From NCBI GenBank assembly GCA_951406725.2, contig OX597833.1, forward strand, positions 68,510,001-68,574,000: 64,000 nt of DNA, written 5' to 3'. Origin of the DNA: Octopus vulgaris (lineage: Eukaryota). The position numbers were made by a program, and so were the translations under genes. The notes below the pieces were generated by a model. That model had not been told where the DNA came from, ran no database searches, and was given only the letters and a program-made list of their open reading frames with translations. This document shows positions 54,821 through 64,000 of the stretch, in pieces. Positions within the stretch are counted from its first letter, which is position 1. Each line of letters opens with the position of its first letter.

Positions 54821-55339
54821 TACACATGTATATAGACATATATATGTGTATATATGTATATAGACATATATACATATGTGTATATATGTATACAGACGTA
54901 TATATGTATATATACGTATATATATATATATATTATGTACGTGTATGTGTGTGTGTGTAATCATATATCCCTGTTTATTGCCTGACATGTTCTGCTTCAA
55001 ATACCGAATGGTGTGTTTACTTCAACGGTCAATTTGAACGACAATTAACCGGAATTAAAGGAGTATGAAATATCGAAGACAACGTCGGGAAGTGTTCGAA
55101 ATGCTTGAATAGAATAAAATTTCTTATTCCCGCAAATATGTAGAATCTTTTTGACTATGATGTAAATCAATATCACAGAAGAGACATTATCTCCCTTGAA
55201 TTTATCTGCATCCATCAATTTTTGTATTTCATCATTCACAAACCGATAAAATAAGCATTAATCATTTAGTGGGAATGATTTCTTCGACATCACACAAAAC
55301 AGAATAAACAGCAACAGAATAAATAACAATATTAACAAC

Positions 55340-55688
55340 GACAACAATAATAATAATGATGATAATAATAATATTAATAATAATAATAATGATAATAATA
55401 ATAATGATAATAATAATAATAATGATAATAATAATAATAATAATGATAATACTGATAATAATAATGACAATAATGATGATAATAATAATATTAATAATAA
55501 TAATAATGATAATAATAATAATGGTAATAATAATAATGATAATAATAATGATAATAATGATAATAATGATAATAATAATGATAATAATGATAATAATGAT
55601 AATAATAATGATAATAATGATAATAATGATAATAATAATAATGATAATAATAATAATGATAATAATAATTATAATAATAATAATATTG

Positions 55689-55719
<31 letters not shown>

Positions 55720-55835
55720 TAATAATAATAATAATAACAATAATAATAATAATAATAATAATGATAATAATGATAATAATAATGATAATAATAATAATAA
55801 TAATAACAATAATAATAATAATAATAATAATAATT
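55340..55835. repeat. (AAT/GAT)n array, ~500 bp, continuous with the 3' tail of a minus-strand family B SINE
   Basis: Seen directly. Confidence 0.95.
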
Positions 55836-56356
55836 CGTTCTAAATTTGGCACAACTCCAGGAGTTTTGAGGTGGGAGATAACTCGATTTCATTGAAACCT
55901 GTACATGCCTGTTACTTATATCATCGACCCCGAAAGATCGAAAGGCAAAGGTGACATTGGTGGAATACGAACTCATGACTTAAGGAGTCGGGTTTGCATT
56001 TTCTCCGACGTGCTAATGATTGTGACGGCTGGACATCTTTATCATCAAAGGCACAAAGACTGAAACTTCAGGGATTAAATCGGCACCAGTATATAACTGG
56101 TACTTATTTTGTCGACTACGAAAATATGATCGGCTTAGTCGATCCTGACGAAATTTGAACACACATTGTCAAGACAGACGAAATGCAGCTAAGCATTTTG
56201 CCTGTTGCGCTAACGTTTCGGTCAACTCACCGACTTCATAATTATAATAATGATGGGGATTTCAAATTTTGGCACAAAGACATTAATTTCGGGGTAGGGA
56301 TGATTCGATTCCATCAAAACCAGGAATAAACTGGTATTTATTTTATCGACCCGGAA
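55836..56356 (-). mobile_element. Three adjacent diverged SINE family B copies
   Basis: ggcacaa...tcgac(c/t)...gaaa motifs recur at ~55848, ~56050 and ~56271. Confidence 0.75.
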
Positions 56357-57016
56357 AGTTTCGTTGCTATATGTCTGTCTCATAACTCATCACTCTAGTA
56401 GAAACATTATTTAGTGAATTAAATACCCACCAATACTATGAATAATCAGTGTCCATATCTACTGTATGCCTCATTCAATATTTCATCGGCTGGTTATCAG
56501 AGGTGTCACCCTTCATTTTCATAGGAACAATTATTACTTACACTATTATATAAATGATTATATGTATAATTGGGAGTGAAATTTCGGTTCTGTGAAAATA
56601 TTTCGCGTGACATTAAATTATACATAACAATTCATCACTTCCCGAGGGGTACGAAATTTTGTTCCCCTTCTTGACTGGTTCAAAATCATTCAAATAAGTT
56701 TTCATCTAAGCATTTCCTTATCCCAGTGTGAGAAATTGTGACTTTCTGTGAAGGTCATAATCTTTAGAGCCTCCACCGAAATCATTTCGCAGAATTTCTT
56801 TGCAGCCATAAACCTTTAGAGACCATCTCATACACAGACCTACTCGGCTCTTTGGTTTCAGGTTTTCCTTATAAATGCATAAGTTTAATACAGCTGTCAA
56901 CCAATAAGTTTTCTCCATGCCTCAAATTCTCGTAAACTAGAATTATTTATCAATATGATATCAAAGATATATGTTAAAAATATACTAAACGCATTCTTTT
57001 TTCTTGTCTTTTTCAG

Positions 57017-57092
57017 GTGAGTACACGAGATCTTTATTTCTATCAAATCTTAAAGTTGCAAAAGGAAGATAAGTTCGCGAAATGCCGACAAC
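57017..57092 (+). other. Candidate 76-nt exon whose 5' end reconstitutes a donor site (recursive splice site / RS-exon)
   Basis: TACTAAAC (56983-90), ~21-nt pyrimidine tract, CAG|GTGAGTAC; downstream AAC|GTGAGTAC at 57093. The exon contains an ATG at 57082 (MPT..) and an open frame 0 (VSTRDLYFYQILKLQKEDKFAKCRQ). Confidence 0.55.
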
Positions 57093-57558
57093 GTGAGTAC
57101 AAATCGATAGGTTACCCCTTCTTATCTCTCACCTTTACCATTCTAGAAATCAATACATATAACCATCAGATTGTCATATCAGATAGACACATCCTGTACG
57201 AACTGGTTATCAAATCTGACAAATACGATGAACCCACGCAAACAAAAGTACGCTACAGTAGATCATAGAGATAATCTTGATTGGGAAGAAGACGGTGGGG
57301 GTGGTGTTGATTGTGGTTCTGATGACGTTAATGATGATGATGATGATGATGATAACGACGGGTGTGGTATTAATGGAGGTGATAATGATGACGACGGGGA
57401 TATAGAGTTGTTGCCTATGTGAGTGATAATAACTATGATGATGATGATGAGGAGGAGGATGAAGCTAATAACATGTTAAATTGCATCAATGATAGAAATG
57501 ATAATTACAGCAAATCTAACATAGAAACCAAGTACTGCACTGACAGTTGACATTGGCA

Positions 57559-57616
<58 letters not shown>

Positions 57617-57739
57617 CGCACGCACAAACACATACAGAGAGTCTTATACAAACACACACACACGAACACATACACACCTCAAGAATCTTAATATATCCCG
57701 ACTGTTGCAGTAGAATCTGATAGGATACATTTGAAATAA

Positions 57740-57747
57740 TGCTGCTG

Positions 57748-57785
<38 letters not shown>

Positions 57786-58315
57786 GCTACTACTATTACT
57801 ACTAGTACTACTACTAGTACTACTACTATTACTACTACTACTACTACTACTACTAGTACTACTACTACTACTAATAATAATAATAATAATGATGATGATA
57901 TAGGAACGAGGCTTGAAATTTGTAGGGGAGGGTGCTACTCGACTATATCGATCCTGGTGTTCCACTGGTACCTATTTCATTGAACCGGAAACGATGAAAT
58001 GCAGTCGACGGTGGCATTTCAAATCAGAGCATAATAGCTGGTGGAATGCCGATAAACATTTTACCAGCTCGCGGTTTTATTATAATTAATAATAATAATA
58101 ATAATAATAATGATAATAATAATAATTTTGGTACCAGTCCAGCTCATTTTGCGGAGGGTGATACGTTGAGTAAATCCACCCTCAATTTTCAACTGGTACT
58201 TATTTTATCCCCCGCGGAAGATTGAAAAGCAAAGCCGAACTCGACGGGCTTTGAACTCAGATCGTAATGACCCACGAAATCATTTTGCCTTCGAAAGCAT
58301 TCGGCCAGCTATCCA
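57740..58315 (-). mobile_element. Two diverged family B SINEs (~57903-58075, ~58127-58315), each next to a (CTA)n/(TAA)n array
   Basis: actggtac(c/t)tatttt?at...gaaa...gtcgac/ctcgacgg...ttt(c/g)aa motifs. Confidence 0.7.
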
Positions 58316-58772
58316 CCAACAATACGGAAATACATGTGCACATAAAACAATCTAGTGAATGTGTACATACGAGGTTTTGCTGGAGTCTCACAAATTTGTG
58401 TATTGCTTTGTGTAAATAAATATGTGGCATATAAAAATATACAAATTAACAACTATACTACTGAAATATTCAAATATATCTCTTCAATATATAATATATT
58501 AATCATATTTGAAGTAATATGACAAAACACATTTGGCTGAATATCTCAAAATATATAAAAATTATATACAAGAGACAATCATCTGGGATTAAGTCACTTA
58601 TGTAGACAAAAATTTCGTTACTGTACATTCTATCTTTGATTAACAAAATTATTTATTCTTCTCCAAATATAGCAAATTGTTTTCGAATATGTATGTCCTT
58701 TATTTCATTTAAGATTATTCCAAAAATTTCAATTCATATAGACGCACACCCACATGCATGTCTGTATGAATG

Positions 58773-58810
<38 letters not shown>

Positions 58811-59229
58811 CACATACAAGATATACATATTCCTGTATATACACATATAAATACAAACATATATATGTATAGACATAGACATGCCTATATATATATATAT
58901 ATATATATATAGATATGCACACATATATACATATATAGACATAGATAAATAGAGAGAGAGAAAGGGATGGAGGGGGTGAAAGTTTAAAAATTTCGTAGGT
59001 AGAAAAAATATTTATGAACATCACATGTCTAATTATTTTGATGAACAAGAATATATCTCAAAAACTTAAAGAATCAAATAATATATATAGTCGATTTCTT
59101 TTTTATGTATTCTTGAAAACATCGAATATATTGATAGGATACGCTGCTTCTAAGATGTTTCTAATAAGCACAACTTAACGTAATGACTGTGTCGGCAAAA
59201 GTGCCCATGAGAATTTCAACCAAATTTGT

Positions 59230-59620
59230 GGATTCGAAGAGGCAGAAAAATTATATGGAGGTCAACCAGTGGCTGTGATGGAATCTGACAATTATAGGAT
59301 TTTATAGGATTCTTCCACAAAGCCTGACTACATCATTTCGACGAAGAGACAATTTGTGATCGTAGAGGATAAATAACAAGAAAACTGGGCAAATATATTT
59401 TACCCTTGGCTCGACATCCCAGCCTGGCCTCAATCTAACAACTGAAGCAAGTAGGATTCAGCAGAGAGGATATAAAGGATCATAAACTGTTTAACTCCAT
59501 ATATATTTGAGTGAAAATGAAAAAATACTGGAAGCTAAATATAGGAAGACCTAGGTAAATAAAGAAGCAGAAAATTGTACAGACTAATACCCAAGCGTCA
59601 TACTATTCAACTGCGTATGA
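59230..59620 (+). mobile_element. Probable ancient RTE-clade LINE remnant, frameshifted
   Basis: Traces of F.YLGS (ttttacccttggctcgac), E..SRI (actgaagcaagtaggatt) and V.LL/ILF (gcgtcatactattc) in the expected order. Confidence 0.35.
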
Positions 59621-59982
59621 TGTGCAAATAGCTATTTTAAAAGATTGTTTCGATGTTTATTCAATTTTTACTATCATTCCATTTAGAAGAAAACCTATAT
59701 CTATCAAAATATTGTCACGCTTCACTTCTTAGCTGCTCCAAATTCTGAAAGACTCGTTTCCTGAACGAACAATTCTTATTCTCCCACTATGATGTTTAAA
59801 GAAATAATAATAATAATAAAGACAGAGTCGATTGAAGTAACCACAGAGTGTATTAGTTTGACGTTCAATAAAAATAGAATTCTTTGACGTTTCAAGACTA
59901 TGTTCTTCAACAAAGAGTAATGGCGATAGAAAACAAATGGAGAGATGAAAAAAAAAGATATACAGATATAGAAAAAGATATA

Positions 59983-60385
59983 GGCGCGGGAGTGGCTGTG
60001 TGGTTAGTAGTTTGCTAACCAACCACATGGTTTCGGGTTCAGTCCCACTGCGTGGCATCTTGGGCAAGTGTCTTCTGCTATAACCCCCGACCGACCAATG
60101 TTTTGTGAGTGGATTTGGTAGACGGAAACTGAAAGAAGCCTGTCGTATATATGTATGTATATATATGTATGTGTCTGTGTTTGTCCCCCTAGCATTGCTT
60201 GATAACCGATGTTGGTGTGTTTATGTCCCCGTCACTTAGCGGTTCGGCAAAAAGAGACTGATAGAATATTACTGGGCTTACAAAGAATAAGTCCCGGGGT
60301 CGATTTGCTCGACTAAAAGTGGTGCTCCAGCATGGCCGCAATCAAATGACTGAAACATGTAAAAGAGAGTAAAGTGAGTAAGGAG
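59983..60385 (+). mobile_element. Full-length SINE family A
   Basis: Collinear with 47603-48000. Confidence 0.92.
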
Positions 60386-60483
60386 TATGCAGACTAAATC
60401 CGGTTCACCCAAGAACACATATTACTTCTTCGAAATTCTCCTCGTCACTACAGTCTCCTGCGCTTGTGTTCGCTATAGTCACA

Positions 60484-60873
60484 TGGATGGAAGCACTCCG
60501 TTGGTTACGACGATGAGGGCTCCGGTTGATCCGAATCAACGGAACAGCCTGCTCGTGAAATTAACGTGTAAGTGGCTGAGCACTCCACAGACACGTGCAC
60601 CCTTAACGTAGTTCTCGGGGATATTCAGCGTGACACAGAGAGTGACAAGGCCGGCCCATTGAAATACAGGTACAACAAAAACAGGAAGTAAGAGTGAGAG
60701 AAAGTTGTGGTGAAAGAGTACAGTAGGGATCACCACCATCCCCTACCGGAGCGTCGTGGAGCTTTTAGGTGTTTTCGATCAATAAACACTCACAACGCCC
60801 GGTCTGGGAATCGAAACCGCGATCCTATGACCGCGAGTTTGCTGCCCTAACTACTGGGCCATTGTGCCTCCAT
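60484..60873 (-). mobile_element. Full-length SINE family C, tail type 2, with 11-bp target-site duplication
   Basis: CTATAGTCACA at 60473-60483 and 60874-60884; tRNA-like head at the right end. Confidence 0.92.
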
Positions 60874-61319
60874 CTATAGTCACAGACACTGTAGTTAAAG
60901 AAGATTCTATTTCAAAATCAGCGACGTTGAGCAGACCTTTGTAATTTTATGAGGAAATACAACCCGTTATTGAAAGACATGATAGAAGTGAACAGTAAAT
61001 TTATCAGACAAGTGCAAATATATTGCAGCGTAGGTCTATTTGCTAGTTCATTGAATATAATTAAGAGGTCTTCAATGGTTTCTATGTTATTACAATATTG
61101 ACTAGGATCAAAATCATCATCATCATCGTCATCATCATGAATATAATCATAGTGATTATAACGATCATCACCATCACCATAACCGTTAATACCATAACGA
61201 TCTATGTCATCCCCAACACCGTCACCTTCACCAACTTTGTCTTCGACCTTTGCTTTTCTTTTGTTTATTCGTTTTCTCATCCGGAGTTTTATTTTCTCTT
61301 TCTTATACGTCTTCTCATC

Positions 61320-61530
61320 CTCATTCTTCTTTTTCTTCTTCTTCTTCTTCTTCTTATAGTTCTTCTTCCTCTTCTTCCAATTCTTCTTCCTCTTCCAATT
61401 CTTCTTCTTCTTCTTCCAATTCTCCTTCTTCCAATTCTTCTTCTTCTTCTGCCAATTCTTCTTCTCCTTCTTCTTCCAATTCTTCTTCTTTTTCGTCTCC
61501 CCCTTCTCCACTTCCTTCTTCTTCTTCTAC
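61320..61530. repeat. (TTC)n array punctuated by CCAA
   Basis: Seen directly; source of the poly-K/E/S/L ORFs. Confidence 0.93.
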
Positions 61531-62103
61531 GCCAGTCATTGATATCATCGTCTTCTTAATTTCATTTTTCACTTATTTATTTCCCTGGTTTCTGTTATTA
61601 ACCTCTTCCATCTATCGATTTTCCTTTTATTTGTTTCTATAATACATACGCCAATCCCCCACGTCGTTCCAATTACTTTTCTCTTTTCCTCTACACTTAT
61701 ATTTCTTCTTATATCTGGAATTGTCAAGTCAATATAATTCCAACTTTCCTTTAAAGTATGGCGGTTTCCTGTTATAGAAGAAACCTCGCTCAATTTTATT
61801 ATTTTCTTCCACTTTCCCCATTTATTTTTTCACTTCTGATTCATATAATTTTCATCTATATATAAAGAAGCAAATGATAAGTAACATTTTCTACCTCATT
61901 TCTATGTCTGTATACATTACTTTTATGTATCGCCATTTCTTATACATTCAGCGTACACGATATTGTCACCGTTCAATTTTATTTCCTTGTTGAATTTACA
62001 GACGTTACTTTAAATCAACGTCGTCTGATTCTATAAAAGTGCTCTTACTTTATACTTAACCTAACTCTTTCATCTAAAGAAATACAAGTCGTTATATCTA
62101 TAT

Positions 62104-62149
<46 letters not shown>

Positions 62150-62329
62150 GCACTTCTTTGATTCTTCCTGCACATAAAACTGAGGGCTTATGGGCAGTTT
62201 TATATTGCTACGTATAGACACAGTTTTGTTGAATAATGCACTGATGTCGTATCCATTCTGGATTACGGCTTTGTTCTATTTTTTACCGAGCTTCTTGTCG
62301 TTATTTGTAATTAATTCAAGCATTGATTG

Positions 62330-62510
62330 TTCATACGGATATATTTCTCCTTCCGTTTGATTATCCTCTTGTATTATATCTACATGACAGCGCATTTCTT
62401 CCATACGATTTATCATTGTTAATGGCTGCAAACTGCTCTAGCATGTTAACTGCCATATTGTCGTCTTATTCCATTTGTGTTAAAAGCATGCGTCTGCTTC
62501 CCATTAAGTA
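62330..62510 (-). mobile_element. Possible decayed RTE-type LINE C-terminal fragment
   Basis: Minus-strand traces resembling LLYGSE.W...G.Y..MLRAV...I.N...YG, with frameshifts. Confidence 0.25.
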
Positions 62511-63219
62511 TCTGTCTCTCTCTCATCTACAGCTTAATGTCACGTACTATATTAACATGTCTACCGGACTGGGGATAAGGACAGAAAACGTTATCTTGGC
62601 TGATATTACAGGATATTGTCATATATTCTTTCCCGAATCAAAAATCATTTCTTATATTTCTCAGAATATATAGAATCAAAAATATCCACCATTTTTACAC
62701 GCGTCTACAAGCTATCAATAGAAAATTGTATGTGTTTGATATCGAAGCAAAATTAGTCTATAGAACTTCAGTTCTTGATTTAGTATTGCATATTATTTGA
62801 CAACTGCAAGCCTCACAAAGAGTTTTTGTGCGGAAAATATAATTTCTACCTGTGGATGCTCTCTTTCAGAGGGAGTTAACTTTTTGTAGGCATAGCCTCC
62901 TAAGTAGGGGTTCTCGCCTTGATTATGTGTATGTGTTGCTTGTATAGCTAATAGAACGTTTGAGATTATTCATTTTTATTACACACAGAGTAAGATTGTA
63001 AAAGGTACCTAAGGCGTTGAACATGAAGTTTAATATAAAAATATTTTGAAACTTTTTCAAACGCAATAAATTATTTTATATTTTTAAATTCTGATCGCGT
63101 AAGGCAGAATCCAGCAACAGGCTTTGTAAGGGCTGCGCTTCTTATAGATGTCCACGTTTAGCTTCCAGATAGTCCAAAATGAAGTAGTATTAAAGAAAAG
63201 GTTAAATATTCAAATATAA

Positions 63220-63480
63220 CTGTGTAGTTCAGACGCTCACTTTGCAGACACATGATTTAGGGCTCAATTCCACAGAGCTACCCCCTCAGAAGGTGTATTT
63301 TTGTAAAGCATCACACAACCAATGCCTTATGAATGCATTTTGCCGAAACTGTGCGCAAGCCCGTCGTTAATATATATATATATATACGCATTTCCATATA
63401 TAAATACATATATAAGTATGACTACTGGTCTTCGTTTGTCCCAGTATGGTCGCAGTCCAATGACTGCAGCAAGTAAATGA
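63220..63480 (+). mobile_element. SINE family A, highly diverged
   Basis: acatgatttagggctcaattccac...ccaatgccttatgaatgcattt...gaaactgtgcgcaagcccgtcg...atggtcgcagtccaatgactg. Confidence 0.6.
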
Positions 63481-64000
63481 TAACAGACAATAACAATAAA
63501 AATAATAATAATAATAATAATAATTTATGTTTCTCAGGAAAATTTAATATACCTAGATCTAAATTATCCGTATTCGTTTTCGATTTTTTTAAGTGAGATT
63601 TTGGTTTTTATTGTTAGAATTGTAGCTGTTATATTTATTAGGTTGACCAAAGACGTCCATACATTCTTGAACATTGCAACCTAGCAATGTTATTTCAAAT
63701 AAGTGGCAAAGTAACTCACGTTACACATTTATCTTTTATTCAAAGACTTAAACCTGAAGCGTGGTGCCAATGAAAGATATCCAGGTTATCCAACACTGGT
63801 AGAATGAACAGTAGGAATCTTCCTCGGCAATAGGAGCTGTCTTTATACGCGAGTAAAACCGCTGCTCTCCTCATTGGTAGCGTTTAATATAGCTTCAGAT
63901 TACAAAACGGTAACGGTTCCACCAAAGCACTTTCTCATCGATGAAATTTCCTATAAAGTATTTTGTTAAACTAGATTCAGTAAGATAGCAACATTGGCCC

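Noticed and set aside
60971-60992. TGAAAGACATG, matching the first 11 nt of miR-71
   Set aside because: The rest of the mature sequence diverges and no precursor hairpin is evident.

Overview
AT-rich eukaryotic genomic DNA, very dense in microsatellites. The three tRNA-derived SINE families and the TA-embedded repeats look like an octopus (coleoid cephalopod) genome; this is recognition from memory, not a database result. No complete protein-coding gene is visible, and almost all supplied ORFs are translations of simple repeats or SINEs. The window reads as a long intron or intergenic region. It carries SINEs, truncated LINE ends (CR1, Tx1/L1 zf-RVT, R4/Dong in a TAA array, decayed RTE), mariner ends, minisatellites and a few candidate small + strand exons. 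Most notable: (1) a complete type I hammerhead-ribozyme fold with a swapped G3-C8 core in a TA-inserted repeat (44052-44114); (2) a recursive-splice-site/RS-exon architecture (branch point, pyrimidine tract, CAG|GTGAGT, 76 nt, second GTGAGT) at 56983-57100; (3) a near-perfect hairpin with 90-bp arms at 50248-50449; (4) a CR1 3' end flanked by an unusually long 41-bp duplication. Repeat boundaries are approximate to a few bases unless stated.
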